Source of the DNA: Alphaproteobacteria bacterium UBA3002
GTDB taxonomy: Bacteria; Pseudomonadota; Alphaproteobacteria; Rickettsiales; UBA3002
Direction: 5' to 3'
Length of the DNA: 64,000 nucleotides
NCBI GenBank assembly: GCA_002346425.1
Contig: DDZS01000065.1
Coordinates: 73 to 64,072, forward strand
Shown piece by piece: positions 28,330 through 38,828 of the stretch. The translations under genes and the position numbers were made by a program. The notes under the pieces are model-generated. The model was not told the origin of the DNA. It did no database searches and was given only the letters and a program-made list of their open reading frames with translations. Each line of letters starts with the position of its first letter. Position 1 is the first letter of the stretch.

Positions 28330-29817
28330 ATGCACCTCACCCCGACCGCCGACCAGTTCGCCGCGCAAGCGGGCAAACCACAACTTGTCTACACCAAGCA
28401 TGTGCTCGATCTGGAAACGCCCGTTTCCGCCATGTTGAAACTCATGCAGGCGGATGAACCTTGCTTTCTGCTCGAATCCGTCGAAGGCGGCGCATCCCGC
28501 GGGCGCTATTCGATCATCGGTTTAAAACCTGATCTAATCTGGCGTGCGCATGGCAACCGCGCCGAAATCAGTCGCCGCGCGCCATTTGCCGAAGACAGTT
28601 TCGAGCCCGCTTGGGATGATACGCTCACCTCGCTGAAAAAACTCGCGCGCGAAATGGAAATGGCGATTCCCGAAGGCTTGCCGCCCATGGCGGCTGGCAT
28701 TATCGGTTATCTCGGCTATCCGGCGGTAGGCTTAAGCGAAAAACTGCCCGATACCAATCCCGATCCTATCGGCATCCCTGACGGCATGTTCATGCGTCCA
28801 ACATCCGTTCTCATCTTCGATTCGGTCGATGGGGTGGTTTATATCATCGCGCTTGTCTGGCCGGATCAGGCACGCAGCTACGAGGGTGTGAGCCGCGAAA
28901 TTGAACAGACAGTACGCCTGTTGCAAGGCCCGGTCGATCAGCGTCACCAACATCGCGCCGGAACGCCTGCGCCGCTGACCTTTGAGCCAGCGATGACCAA
29001 GCAAGACTATTTCGCGATGGTCGAAAAAGCCAAAGACTATATTCAGGCGGGCGATATTTTTCAGGTCGTTCCCTCGCAACGTTTCAGTGCCGAGTTTACT
29101 CACCATCCGTTTGCGCTCTACCGTTCGTTGCGCCAATTGAACCCCTCGCCCTTCCTGTTTTATTTGCATTTCGGTGGGTTCACGCTGGTCGGTTCGTCCC
29201 CCGAAATCCTCGTGCGCGTGCGCGACGACACCGTCACCATCCGCCCCATTGCTGGCACCCGCCCACGCGGCAAAACCGCGGCGGAAGATCTGGCGCTGGA
29301 ACATGAGCTCCTCGCCGATGCCAAGGAATGCGCCGAACATCTGATGCTGCTCGATCTGGGCCGCAACGATGTGGGCCGCGTTTGCACCAAAGACAGCGTC
29401 CGCGTGACCGAGCAATTCATTATCGAACGTTACAGCCATGTCATGCACATCGTCTCCAATGTCGAAGGCACGCTGGACCGCAGCCGCTATGACGCCATCG
29501 ACGCGCTATTCGCGGGCTTCCCGGCGGGTACCGTTTCCGGCGCACCCAAAATCCGCGCCATGGAGATCATCGACGAACTCGAACCCCTGCGCCGCAGTTT
29601 CTACGCGGGCGGCACGGGGTATATCAGCGCTAACGGCTCGCTCGATGTCTGCATCAACCTGCGCACCGCCCTCGTCAAAGACGGCAAAGTCTACGCGCAG
29701 GCCGGTGGCGGCGTCGTCGCTGATTCCAGCGCCGAAGGCGAGTATCAGGAATCGGTCAATAAAGCCAAAGCCGTCATGAAAGCGGCAGAAAATGCCGGAC
29801 AGTTTAGTCCGAGCTAA
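28330..29817 (+). CDS. trpE: Anthranilate synthase component I
   Basis: Chorismate-binding domain motifs (SPE.LV, IAGT.PRG, LLDLGRNDVGRV, GTVSGAPK.RAMEII.ELE, R..Y.G..GY). An alternative start at 28309 overlaps ppiD. Confidence 0.95.
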   Translation: MHLTPTADQFAAQAGKPQLVYTKHVLDLETPVSAMLKLMQADEPCFLLESVEGGASRGRYSIIGLKPDLIWRAHGNRAEISRRAPFAEDSFEPAWDDTLTSLKKLAREMEMAIPEGLPPMAAGIIGYLGYPAVGLSEKLPDTNPDPIGIPDGMFMRPTSVLIFDSVDGVVYIIALVWPDQARSYEGVSREIEQTVRLLQGPVDQRHQHRAGTPAPLTFEPAMTKQDYFAMVEKAKDYIQAGDIFQVVPSQRFSAEFTHHPFALYRSLRQLNPSPFLFYLHFGGFTLVGSSPEILVRVRDDTVTIRPIAGTRPRGKTAAEDLALEHELLADAKECAEHLMLLDLGRNDVGRVCTKDSVRVTEQFIIERYSHVMHIVSNVEGTLDRSRYDAIDALFAGFPAGTVSGAPKIRAMEIIDELEPLRRSFYAGGTGYISANGSLDVCINLRTALVKDGKVYAQAGGGVVADSSAEGEYQESVNKAKAVMKAAENAGQFSPS

Positions 29818-29863
29818 AAAAACGACGCCCGAAGGCGCCGAAATTCATAAATATGTATGGGCA

Positions 29864-30448
29864 TTATCGCTGACGCGAAGTTTTCTCCACCGTACCGTCG
29901 ATGACCGGCCCCATTCTCACCTCCTCCAGAGAGGTGGGCAGGATAACAGGAGGAGCAGCGCTTGCTTGAACTTCTGCCCTCGCCTCTGCGACCAGCTTCT
30001 CCAGCGCATGAAATAGACACGCAAGGAAAGCTGAGTAGAAAAGGAGTTGCACAGCGGTGAAGCCGTAATACTCCCAGTCCGTCGGAATACGGCCATTGGT
30101 CCAGACCCATTCCGCCACCAAGGCAATGATTGCGGCGAATAGGCACCACCACACAGAACTGAGCAGACGTTCGCCATTGCATTGCTGCAGACGATTTAGT
30201 CGTCCAACGCGTTGGTTTTCCCAGTTCAATGCCGCGATGATGCCGCCCGTAATGACAAGTATTTTCACCACCTGCCATACCGTCCATAGAAGAGCCGGAA
30301 TCAGATACACGATGACCGCATACCCGACTGCGCCAATGACCGCCATTTCGATTGCGGGTTTGACTGCGGGGTGTAGTGGACCTGCGGCTCGATTGAGCCG
30401 AACCCACCACTCAGGCTGAGAACTGCCATTATTATTTTTTGAACTCAT
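29864..30448 (-). CDS. Hypothetical 4-TM membrane protein (194 aa)
   Basis: ORF from ATG 30448 with an upstream Pho-box promoter. Inserted on the opposite strand between trpE and trpG. No family recognised. Confidence 0.5.
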   Translation of the reverse strand: MSSKNNNGSSQPEWWVRLNRAAGPLHPAVKPAIEMAVIGAVGYAVIVYLIPALLWTVWQVVKILVITGGIIAALNWENQRVGRLNRLQQCNGERLLSSVWWCLFAAIIALVAEWVWTNGRIPTDWEYYGFTAVQLLFYSAFLACLFHALEKLVAEARAEVQASAAPPVILPTSLEEVRMGPVIDGTVEKTSRQR

Positions 30449-30523
30449 GTAGAGCCCCCAAAAAAACCGAAAGGGGATTGCTCCCCATTCTATTATCAGC
30501 AAAGGCTAATAAAGATTACTTAC

Positions 30524-30569
30524 AGCATAGCAGTCGCATTTCGTTGCGATGTTGACAGTTTTATGACAT
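30524..30569 (-). promoter_or_regulatory. Pho-box promoter P5: ATGTCATAAAACTGTCAA, 19 nt, TGC-TATGCT
   Basis: Consensus-like box one helical turn further from the extended -10 than in P1-P3. The box lies 12 nt from the trpG ATG on the other strand. Confidence 0.55.
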
Positions 30570-30580
30570 TTTGCGCAGCT

Positions 30581-31153
30581 ATGAAAAAACTCATCCTCAT
30601 CGATAATTATGACAGCTTTACCTATAATCTTCTGCATTATGCGCAGTCGTTGGGGGCGGAGGTGGAGGTATTGCGTAACGATGCCGACTCGGCGGCGGCG
30701 GTATTGGCGCGCGGGGCGGATGGGATTATTCTGTCGCCCGGCCCGGCAACGCCCAATGAATCGGGCATCTGTCTGGAATTAATCGAAAAAGGCAAAGATA
30801 AAGTCCCGATGTTCGGGGTCTGCCTTGGTCATCAGGCGATTGGTCAGGTCTTCGGCGGTGAAGTCGTGCGGATGAGCCCGGTCATGCACGGAAAAACCAG
30901 CCTGATTCGCCATACTGGCGAAGGCGTGTTTAAGGGCCTCAACAACCCGTTCACCGCCACGCGCTATCATTCGCTGATCGTCAAACGCGAGACCCTGCCC
31001 GACTGCCTGAGCATCACCGCCGAGACGGAGGATGGCACGATTATGGGGTTGCAACATACAGAATATCCGCTGCATAGCGTACAATTCCACCCCGAATCCA
31101 TCGCCAGCGAGCACGGGCATGACCTGCTGCGTAACTTCCTGGAGTTGCTGTGA
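30581..31153 (+). CDS. trpG: Anthranilate synthase component II (glutamine amidotransferase)
   Basis: ILIDNYDSFTYNL, GVCLGHQ, HPES motifs. Confidence 0.95.
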   Translation: MKKLILIDNYDSFTYNLLHYAQSLGAEVEVLRNDADSAAAVLARGADGIILSPGPATPNESGICLELIEKGKDKVPMFGVCLGHQAIGQVFGGEVVRMSPVMHGKTSLIRHTGEGVFKGLNNPFTATRYHSLIVKRETLPDCLSITAETEDGTIMGLQHTEYPLHSVQFHPESIASEHGHDLLRNFLELL

Positions 31154-32154
31154 AAGCAGCGATTTATAATTTACAACAAGGCCATGACCTACCGGCCGAA
31201 GCGGTGGAAATCCTGTTCACCGATATCCTGCTTGGCAAATGCAATGAAGAAGAATTGGCAACCTTCCTGATTGCGTTGCATGAACGTGGCGAAACTGCGG
31301 AAGAATTGGCTGCTGCAGCCCGCGTGATGCGCATGCATATGCGGCGTTTCCCGATAGACCGGCCTGCGTTGGATGTCTGCGGCACGGGCGGCGATGGCTT
31401 GCACACCTATAACATTTCGACCGCCGCCGCTTTTGTGATCGCGGCCTGCGGCGTGCCGGTGGTCAAACATGGCAACCGCTCGGTCTCCTCTTCTTCCGGC
31501 TCGACGGATGTGCTCGGTGCGCTTGGCGTGCAGATCGTCGAAGATGAGGATGTGCTGCGGCGCTGTTTCGAAGAAGTGAATCTGTGTTTCCTTGCGGCCC
31601 CGCATTTTCACCCTGCCATGCGCCATGTCGCCCCTATACGTCAGAAACTGAAACGCCGGACGATATTCAATTTATTAGGCCCGCTGTGCAATCCGGCGGG
31701 GGTGCGCCATCAATTATTGGGCGTGTTTGATCGTAAGTGGCTAAAACCGATAGCCGAAACCCTGCATGCCTTAGGCAGTGAATCCGCTTGGGTCGTGCAT
31801 GGGGCAGATGGGCAGGATGAGTTAAGCATCACCGGAGCCACCGATATTGTGATGCTTCAGGACGAAACTTTACGTGAAGCAACCGCCTATCCAAAAGATG
31901 CCGGTCTTCCAAACGCGGAACTTTCGGCAATTCGCGGCGGGAATGCAATTTTTAATGCGCAGGCCCTGCTAATGGTGCTGAAAGATCAGCGCTCGGCCTA
32001 CCATGATGCGGTAGTGTTGAACGCGGCGGCAGGCTTATGTATCGCAGGGCATGCCGAAGACTTGGCCACTGGCGCCCTCTTCGCCGCCGAAGCACTGGCC
32101 AGCGGTCGCGCGCTGGCGACACTGGAAACGCTTGTGCAAATGACATCAGCATAA
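31150..32154 (+). CDS. trpD: Anthranilate phosphoribosyltransferase
   Basis: DVCGTGGDG..T.NIST, VVKHGNRS.SS.SGS.DVL motifs. 4-nt overlap with trpG. Confidence 0.95.
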   Translation: MKAAIYNLQQGHDLPAEAVEILFTDILLGKCNEEELATFLIALHERGETAEELAAAARVMRMHMRRFPIDRPALDVCGTGGDGLHTYNISTAAAFVIAACGVPVVKHGNRSVSSSSGSTDVLGALGVQIVEDEDVLRRCFEEVNLCFLAAPHFHPAMRHVAPIRQKLKRRTIFNLLGPLCNPAGVRHQLLGVFDRKWLKPIAETLHALGSESAWVVHGADGQDELSITGATDIVMLQDETLREATAYPKDAGLPNAELSAIRGGNAIFNAQALLMVLKDQRSAYHDAVVLNAAAGLCIAGHAEDLATGALFAAEALASGRALATLETLVQMTSA

Positions 32155-32218
32155 GTTGCATTGTGCAATGCAGCAATGTAGTGTCACACTATTAATGTAG
32201 GAATGAAGACAACGAGAC

Positions 32219-33040
32219 GTGAGTAGTTTATTACATGAAATCTGCGAAAAAACGCGCGCCCATGTAGCCGCTTGCAAACAAGCGTTGCCCGAAGCGGCGC
32301 TACGCGAGCGGATGAAATTAAATCAACCGCCGCGCGGATTTAAGACAGCGCTTGATACGACCATTGCTGAAGGCGGTACCGCCCTGATTGCGGAAATCAA
32401 AAAAGCCTCTCCCAGTCGCGGATTAATTCGCGAAAACTTCAATCCGCCGGAGCTGGCGAAAGCTTACCGCGATGGCGGGGCGACATGCCTTTCCGTATTA
32501 ACCGATGTGCCGCATTTTCTGGGCAGCATCGAATTCCTGCCGCCGGTTAGCCACACGGTTGAGCTACCGATTCTGCGCAAGGATTTTATGGTCGACACCT
32601 ATCAGGTAACCGAAGCGCGCGCTTTCAATGCAGATTGCATTTTATTGATTATGGCGGCGTTGGATGACAGCCACGCCAAAGAAATCGAGTCCGCAGCGCT
32701 GGAACTGGGCATGGACGTGTTGATTGAAGTGCATGACGAAGCCGAATGCGAGCGGGCAACCACGCATCTGCGCTCGCGTCTGCTTGGCGTCAACAACCGT
32801 AACCTATCGACGCTCGAAGTGGATTTGAGTATTTCGCAGCGTTTAGCAGCACAGTTACCTGCGGATTATACGCTGGTCTGTGAAAGCGGCATCCAAACAC
32901 ATGCCGATATCGCCGAGATGCAAAGCCATGGTTTACATGCTTTTTTAGTGGGTGAATCGCTCATGCGTCAGGCCGATGTCACACTGGCGACACAACAATT
33001 GCTGGGTCAAATTCCCGGAGGCGTACATGTTTCCTCTTAG
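32219..33040 (+). CDS. trpC: Indole-3-glycerol phosphate synthase
   Basis: IAEIKKASPS.G.I, LSVLTD...F.GS, LRKDF, NNRNL motifs. GTG start per the ORF track. Confidence 0.9.
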   Translation: MSSLLHEICEKTRAHVAACKQALPEAALRERMKLNQPPRGFKTALDTTIAEGGTALIAEIKKASPSRGLIRENFNPPELAKAYRDGGATCLSVLTDVPHFLGSIEFLPPVSHTVELPILRKDFMVDTYQVTEARAFNADCILLIMAALDDSHAKEIESAALELGMDVLIEVHDEAECERATTHLRSRLLGVNNRNLSTLEVDLSISQRLAAQLPADYTLVCESGIQTHADIAEMQSHGLHAFLVGESLMRQADVTLATQQLLGQIPGGVHVSS

Positions 33041-33755
33041 TGCGGCTGCCTTCCAACTCGATGGCGCGAATATCCTGCTGCTGGACGTTGTGGCCTTCAT
33101 CTTTTTCATTATCACCTGGTCGGGCTATGCTACTTATGCGCGCATTCATTACACGCGGCGCCCCAACCTGATGTTCACGATGGATCAAATGCGTATCAAA
33201 TGGATGCAGCAGATTTTAAAGCGTGAAAGCCGGGTTGCCGATGCCTCGCTGGTGGGCAACCTGCTTCGCTCTATCTCGTTTTTTGCCAATACCTCCATCT
33301 TCATTCTGATTGGCCTATTCACGATTTTGGGCTATCGCGATTCAGCCATCGAAATGCTGAACCAACTGCCATATGCGGTGCAGGCAACACCCTTCATGTG
33401 GGAAGCCAAAACCTTTACGCTGGCGATGATTTTCATTTACACCTTCTTTAAATTCACCTGGTCGCTGCGCCAGTATAACTATTGCTGTATTTTGGTGGGG
33501 GCCGCACCGATGCCCGATCAATGCCCTGAAATTCATGCACGCTTCGCCGAACATGCAGGCCAGCTTTCGGCCAATGCGGGTAAACATTTCAACATGGCAA
33601 TGCGTGGCTATTATTTCGGACTGGCGACGATCAGCTGGTTCTTGCACCCTTTACTCTTTATTGCCTCGACCGCGCTGGTAATTTATATTACCTATCGACG
33701 CGAATTCCGCTCAGCTACCTTGAACTCGCTGGCCGGATTAAACGAAGGATATTAA
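33027..33755 (+). CDS. DUF599-like integral membrane protein (242 aa)
   Basis: Multi-TM protein. Its size and N-terminal pattern resemble the DUF599 family, assigned from memory only. Overlaps the trpC end by 14 nt. Confidence 0.45.
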   Translation: MFPLSAAAFQLDGANILLLDVVAFIFFIITWSGYATYARIHYTRRPNLMFTMDQMRIKWMQQILKRESRVADASLVGNLLRSISFFANTSIFILIGLFTILGYRDSAIEMLNQLPYAVQATPFMWEAKTFTLAMIFIYTFFKFTWSLRQYNYCCILVGAAPMPDQCPEIHARFAEHAGQLSANAGKHFNMAMRGYYFGLATISWFLHPLLFIASTALVIYITYRREFRSATLNSLAGLNEGY

Positions 33756-33756
33756 T

Positions 33757-34731
33757 ATGCTAAACGTCATTGCGAGGAGCAACGCGACGCGGCTATCCAA
33801 AGCTACGGGTTGCACGCGTCTCTGGATTGCCATCTTAACACTCGTAGTGACGGCTTGGAGCACGGTAGCCACAGCCTGTGAACGCCCAAGGGATTACCAA
33901 TCCATACTGACCCGCCCGAATCAGGCGCTGCTCTATAAAGTCGAAAAATGCGGGGTTCCGGTACAATATGTGTTCGGCACCTTTCATTCCGACTCACCAG
34001 ATTTAACGCCGCTGGCCGCCATGGCGGGCGACTATATTCGCCAAAGCGATCAGTTGAATCTGGAAATTGTGATGACACCGCTCGATCAGAAACGCGCGCA
34101 TTTCTTTATGCTACTGCCCTCGGGAAGCCCAGACCTTCCGGATGTCATCGGCACGGATATGTTCATGCAAGTGCGCAAAAAACTGCTGCCACTCATCGGA
34201 CTATCGCCCATGGCGGCGAAACGCTATCAACCATGGGCTATTGCAATTCTCGCTCAATATCCAAAGCCAGAAGGCGATGGTATGGTCCTCGACAGCCGCT
34301 TGCAAGCGATAGCGGCACAAGCGCAAGTGCCCGTCGATAGTCTGGAAGATGTCGACGACCAGTTTGAGATTTTCACCGAGATGAACAAACAGGAAGCCTT
34401 TTATTTTCTCGAACATACGCTGGAGCAAGTTGACACGCTGGAAGCCGATTTGGTCGAATTGAAACGCCTCTATCTCAATCGCGATTTGACTGGCATCTAC
34501 GAGATGAGCCGCCGTGTCTTTGGCGAGTTGGCCGAAAAAGATGCCGGACTGGCGCGTTATCTCGAGGAAGAATTGATCGATAAACGCAATATCCGCATGG
34601 CGCAGGCCATGGAAGAGGATTTCGATAAAACGACCCTCACCGCTGTCGGCGCGTTGCACCTGCCGGGCGAAAAAGGCATTCTCTATTTGTTAGAACAAGA
34701 CGGGTATACCATCACACCGTTAGAGAATTAG
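33757..34731 (+). CDS. TraB/GumN family protein (periplasmic)
   Basis: YVFGTFHSDSPDL near the N-terminus and LTAVGALHLPGEKGILYLLEQDGY near the C-terminus are the two family hallmarks. The first about 25 codons run through a palindromic repeat-like sequence (33766..33831). Confidence 0.7.
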   Translation: MLNVIARSNATRLSKATGCTRLWIAILTLVVTAWSTVATACERPRDYQSILTRPNQALLYKVEKCGVPVQYVFGTFHSDSPDLTPLAAMAGDYIRQSDQLNLEIVMTPLDQKRAHFFMLLPSGSPDLPDVIGTDMFMQVRKKLLPLIGLSPMAAKRYQPWAIAILAQYPKPEGDGMVLDSRLQAIAAQAQVPVDSLEDVDDQFEIFTEMNKQEAFYFLEHTLEQVDTLEADLVELKRLYLNRDLTGIYEMSRRVFGELAEKDAGLARYLEEELIDKRNIRMAQAMEEDFDKTTLTAVGALHLPGEKGILYLLEQDGYTITPLEN

Positions 34732-36722
34732 GGCGTCCAAAGCCGATTGCCTTGCATGTCGTGCGTGGTTTCAAACCGCCATTGGCCATTTTCCCACCAA
34801 CCCCAGTGATGTCCGGCTGGTAATTGCTCGCGGTCAATGACCTGTGCGTCACAGCGGCCATCGACATAGCTAGGTGAAATGACAAGGCTCGCCTGCCGGC
34901 AATCTTCCGGCACCGCCATCGCGTAGCGCGGTAAGGCGACATAGCTTTCTGCATAAGCCATCGCACAGCCTTCGGGATCACACCGCAGATCGGGCGCTTT
35001 TGCGAACCGCTCCTGCCCGACCGATTCCGCCCATTGCTCGGCAATAAATCCGCGGCCATTGCCCTGTATCATTGCATAGCCATTCGCGTTACGCAGCGCG
35101 ACTTGTTTAGCATCATTGCTGATGAAGATATCCGGTAGCTGCAATGTGGCATAACTGGCTAGGCCCAATAAGATAATAAGTGCACCGCAATAGCGTAGCC
35201 GTGTTTGCCACACAATCAGCCACGCCAAGCCAAAGGCCATCAGCGCCATGCCCCAATCCGGCGGTGCTGGAAGCAACAGCCGATGATAGGGCAAGAGTGC
35301 AATCCATTCCGCGATCTGGATCATCGCGCGGATGCACCAGCCTAATGGTTGTAACGTCAGCCCCTCTAACCCCACGGGCAGCAGTAAGAAGGACAACACG
35401 ACCAGCGGCATCATGGCGAAACTGACAATCGGCATGACCAACAGATTGGCCAGCAACCCATACACCGGCAAATTGTTGAAATGATAAAGCACGAAAGGTG
35501 TCGTCGCCGCTTGCGCCACAAATGAGGTCGTTGCAATGCCGATGATCCACGCAAGAATACGACGTTGGCGCGGGCGCGCCACGTCCGCCTCGCTCCACAC
35601 CACCAGCCGCTCATACCACGCGATCAGCGCGGCCGTGGCGACAAAGGAAAGCTGGAACCCCGGCTCAAGAATATAGGCCGGATGGTACAGCAATAACAGC
35701 AACGCCGCCAATGCCAGCGACCGCATTGGCATCACCCGTCGATCCGCAATCACCGCGCCAAAGACCAGCGCCACCATGATGAAGGCGCGCAATGCCGAGA
35801 CCGGTAGCCCGGCGATCAGCAAATAACCAAGCCCGAATGCCAGCGCCCCGAGCGCAGCATGTTTTTTGTTGCGCAAACTATGCCGCGTCCACGGCAATAG
35901 CACCAGCAGGTAACGCAGTGCAAAAAACACCAGCCCGGTGATGATCGCCATATGCATGCCCGAAATCGCCAGAATATGCGACAGGCTGGCATCGCGCATC
36001 ACGTCGTTTACATGTTCAGGAATCGCCGCGCGATCGCCGGTCATTAACGCCGCGGCCACCGCACCTTCCGCCTCCGGCAGTTGCGCGCGGATGCGCCGCG
36101 TCAGCCATTCGCGCATCTGCGTAAGCCATGACACGCTCCCCTGCCCATCTTCCCCCAACTGCTCGACCGGCGGAATCCCATACCCGACCGCGCCGATGCC
36201 TTTGAAATAAAACCAGCGCGCAAAGTCGAACCCACCTGGGGCCGCTGGACCGCTGGCGGGCATCAATCCCCCGCGCAGACGAATCCGCTGGCCGCTCAGT
36301 AAATCATCATGCTCGCCGCGCAGTTTCAGACGCACTTTTTCTAATGGCGTTTGCAGGTTGGGAATTGTTAAACGATCTAGCGTCACACGCACTCCGCCAG
36401 GCACGGCCTCCAGCTCCGCAATGCGGCCTTCGACAGTGGCAAAATCCATCGGCTTTTCCAACATGGGGGTCTGCGTAAACTGGCCGTGGATCAGCGCGTA
36501 ACCAAAACCGAGCGCGATGATACTTAACGCGAGTGTGGGCAGCCACCACACCCGCGCGCGCCGCCAAACAACGCGCAGCAGAAACGCGATGGCACCTAGC
36601 GCCGCCACTGATAGCGGGTGCGGTTCATCCGGCAGTGCGTAATAGAGCAGCGCACCAATGGCGAAAAGCGCGGGCACCCAAAGAATCAGGCGCGGCGATT
36701 CCTTCTCAAATACTACACCCAC
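34728..36722 (-). CDS. comEC: ComEC/Rec2 family competence membrane protein
   Basis: 664 aa polytopic protein. The competence domain contains SHILAISGMH. Confidence 0.8.
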   Translation of the reverse strand: MGVVFEKESPRLILWVPALFAIGALLYYALPDEPHPLSVAALGAIAFLLRVVWRRARVWWLPTLALSIIALGFGYALIHGQFTQTPMLEKPMDFATVEGRIAELEAVPGGVRVTLDRLTIPNLQTPLEKVRLKLRGEHDDLLSGQRIRLRGGLMPASGPAAPGGFDFARWFYFKGIGAVGYGIPPVEQLGEDGQGSVSWLTQMREWLTRRIRAQLPEAEGAVAAALMTGDRAAIPEHVNDVMRDASLSHILAISGMHMAIITGLVFFALRYLLVLLPWTRHSLRNKKHAALGALAFGLGYLLIAGLPVSALRAFIMVALVFGAVIADRRVMPMRSLALAALLLLLYHPAYILEPGFQLSFVATAALIAWYERLVVWSEADVARPRQRRILAWIIGIATTSFVAQAATTPFVLYHFNNLPVYGLLANLLVMPIVSFAMMPLVVLSFLLLPVGLEGLTLQPLGWCIRAMIQIAEWIALLPYHRLLLPAPPDWGMALMAFGLAWLIVWQTRLRYCGALIILLGLASYATLQLPDIFISNDAKQVALRNANGYAMIQGNGRGFIAEQWAESVGQERFAKAPDLRCDPEGCAMAYAESYVALPRYAMAVPEDCRQASLVISPSYVDGRCDAQVIDREQLPAGHHWGWWENGQWRFETTHDMQGNRLWTP

Positions 36723-37723
36723 CCGCCGAGATTCTCTTCTGCGATCGCCTTCAGCAGCGCGATATGTTCCGGCGCGTCATTCAGGCAGGGCACATAACTG
36801 AAATGTGTACCGCCCGCATGTTCGAAACTTTCGCGGCCAGCAATCGCAATCTCTTCCAATGTTTCGATGCAATCCGCTGTAAAGCCCGGTGCCATGACGA
36901 CAACCTTTTTAGTGCCCAGCGTAGGCAATTCTTCTAGCGTTTTGTCGAGATAGGGTTGCAACCATTCGCGCGGGCCAAAACGGCTTTGGAAGCAAAGCAA
37001 CATCTGCTCTTTGTCCATCCCCATCGCCTCTCGCAGCAAACGCGCGGTTTTATGGCAGTAACAATGATACGGATCTCCCGCTTCGAAATAGGATTTCGGG
37101 ATGCCGTGGAAGCTCAAGATAATCTTCTCCGGCTGCCAATCCAAGCCTGCCAGGTGCGTTTCCAGCGAACGTCGCAGCGCGTCGATATAGAGCGGATGAT
37201 CTTCCCAGGCGCGCGCGGTGCGCAATGTCGGTTGCCAGCGCAGGCCTTTTAAAATGTCGAAGGCTTTGTCGCAGACCGTCGCCGTTGTCGCCGCACAATA
37301 CTGCGGATACATCGGGATGATCAGAATCTTCTCGCAGCCTTGCGCGGTCAGCGCCTCAATCCGGCTTTGCATCGACGGATTGCCGTAACGCATGGCCCAG
37401 TCGACGACCACCTCGTCCATTTGCTCCTGCAACCGCTCAGCCTGCGCGCGCGTGTAATGCCGCAGCGGCGATTCGTTGGTGTCGTGCATCCAAACCTGAT
37501 TGTAGACCTTTGACACTTTGCTGGGCCGCAGCGTCAAAATCGGCCCGTTCAAAATCAGCCACCACAGGTAGCGGTTGGTTTCAATGACGCGGCTATCGGA
37601 CAGAAACTCTTTCAGATATTTGCGGATGTCCCACCAGCTGGTAGAATCCGGCGTGCCGAGATTGACCAGCAGCACGCCCGTCTTGCCATAAGCCACGGGT
37701 GGATGTTCGGGTGGTAGTGCCAT
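36713..37723 (-). CDS. hemH: Ferrochelatase
   Basis: GVLLVNLGTPDS, SFHG.P, C.QSRFGP..WL.P motifs. Confidence 0.95.
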   Translation of the reverse strand: MALPPEHPPVAYGKTGVLLVNLGTPDSTSWWDIRKYLKEFLSDSRVIETNRYLWWLILNGPILTLRPSKVSKVYNQVWMHDTNESPLRHYTRAQAERLQEQMDEVVVDWAMRYGNPSMQSRIEALTAQGCEKILIIPMYPQYCAATTATVCDKAFDILKGLRWQPTLRTARAWEDHPLYIDALRRSLETHLAGLDWQPEKIILSFHGIPKSYFEAGDPYHCYCHKTARLLREAMGMDKEQMLLCFQSRFGPREWLQPYLDKTLEELPTLGTKKVVVMAPGFTADCIETLEEIAIAGRESFEHAGGTHFSYVPCLNDAPEHIALLKAIAEENLGGWV

Positions 37724-37775
37724 TGTACTCGCTCCTTTGCGCCCTATCTAACCGGAAACATAAAGGAGAGTCACC

Positions 37776-38825
37776 ATGCAAATGCGTAAACTGGGCACCA
37801 CCACTATCGACGTGTCCCTAATCTGTCTGGGCACCATGACCTGGGGCGAGCAAAATACGGAATCAGAAGCGCATGAGCAATTGGATTACGCCTTCGACCA
37901 TGGCGTGAATTTCCTCGACACCGCCGAGCTCTATCCCGTGCCACCGAACGCCGAAACCCAAGGGCGCACCTCGACCTATATCGGCAACTGGCTGAAAAAC
38001 CGTCAGCGTGACAAGGTCATCGTCGCCAGTAAAGTCGTCGGCCCGTCGGATAATTTTGGTGACTTAAGCTATATGGGCCATGGTGACCCCACCCGCCTGA
38101 CCAAAGACCAGATTGGCCAAGCGATCGAGTCGGAATTAAAGCGGCTGCAAACCGATTATATCGACCTCTATCAACTGCATTGGCCCTCGCGTAACACCAA
38201 CTATTTCGGCAAACGCGATTACGTGCATATGCCGGAAGACGATGGCGTCAGCCTGCTGGAAACGTTAAGTGCGCTGGCAGACTTCGTGAAAGAAGGCAAA
38301 ATTCGCCATGTCGGCATGTCGAACGAAACGGCATGGGGCATGATGGAATATATCCGCCTGTCTGAAACCCGCGAATTACCGCGCATGATGACGATACAAA
38401 ACCCCTATAACCTGCTGAACCGCACGTTTGAAGTGGGGGCCGCGGAATGCGCGATCCGTGCTAAATGCGGCCTGCTTGCCTACTCGCCGCTGGCCTTCGG
38501 CTATCTCTCAGGCAAATATCTCGGCGGCAAAAAACCCGAAGGCGCGCGCCTGACCTTATTTGAACGCTTCCAACGCTATACCAACGAGAAATCCGAAGCG
38601 GCAACCACGCGCTATGTCGCGCTCGCGCAGCAACACGGCCTTGACCCATCGCAAATGGCGCTGGCTTTCATCAACCAGCAACCCTTCGTCACCGCCAATA
38701 TCATCGGCGCAACGACAATGGATCAGTTAAAAGACAACATCGCCAGTGCGGAGATCACCTTGTCCGACGAAGTGATGCAAGGCATTCAGGATATTCATAA
38801 TGATATACCAAATCCGTGCCCGTAA
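37776..38825 (+). CDS. NADP(H)-dependent aldo/keto reductase (Tas/YajO-like)
   Basis: LGTMTWG, FLDTAE.Y, DLYQLHWP, IRHVGMSNE, IIGAT motifs. Confidence 0.85.
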   Translation: MQMRKLGTTTIDVSLICLGTMTWGEQNTESEAHEQLDYAFDHGVNFLDTAELYPVPPNAETQGRTSTYIGNWLKNRQRDKVIVASKVVGPSDNFGDLSYMGHGDPTRLTKDQIGQAIESELKRLQTDYIDLYQLHWPSRNTNYFGKRDYVHMPEDDGVSLLETLSALADFVKEGKIRHVGMSNETAWGMMEYIRLSETRELPRMMTIQNPYNLLNRTFEVGAAECAIRAKCGLLAYSPLAFGYLSGKYLGGKKPEGARLTLFERFQRYTNEKSEAATTRYVALAQQHGLDPSQMALAFINQQPFVTANIIGATTMDQLKDNIASAEITLSDEVMQGIQDIHNDIPNPCP

Positions 38826-38828
38826 GAA

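Noticed and set aside
34728-36722. comEC, considered as a truncated pseudogene (the C-terminal metallo-beta-lactamase domain seems short or absent)
   Set aside because: The reading frame is intact and ends by overlapping the next gene normally. ComEC proteins without a full MBL domain exist, and I cannot verify domain loss without an alignment.
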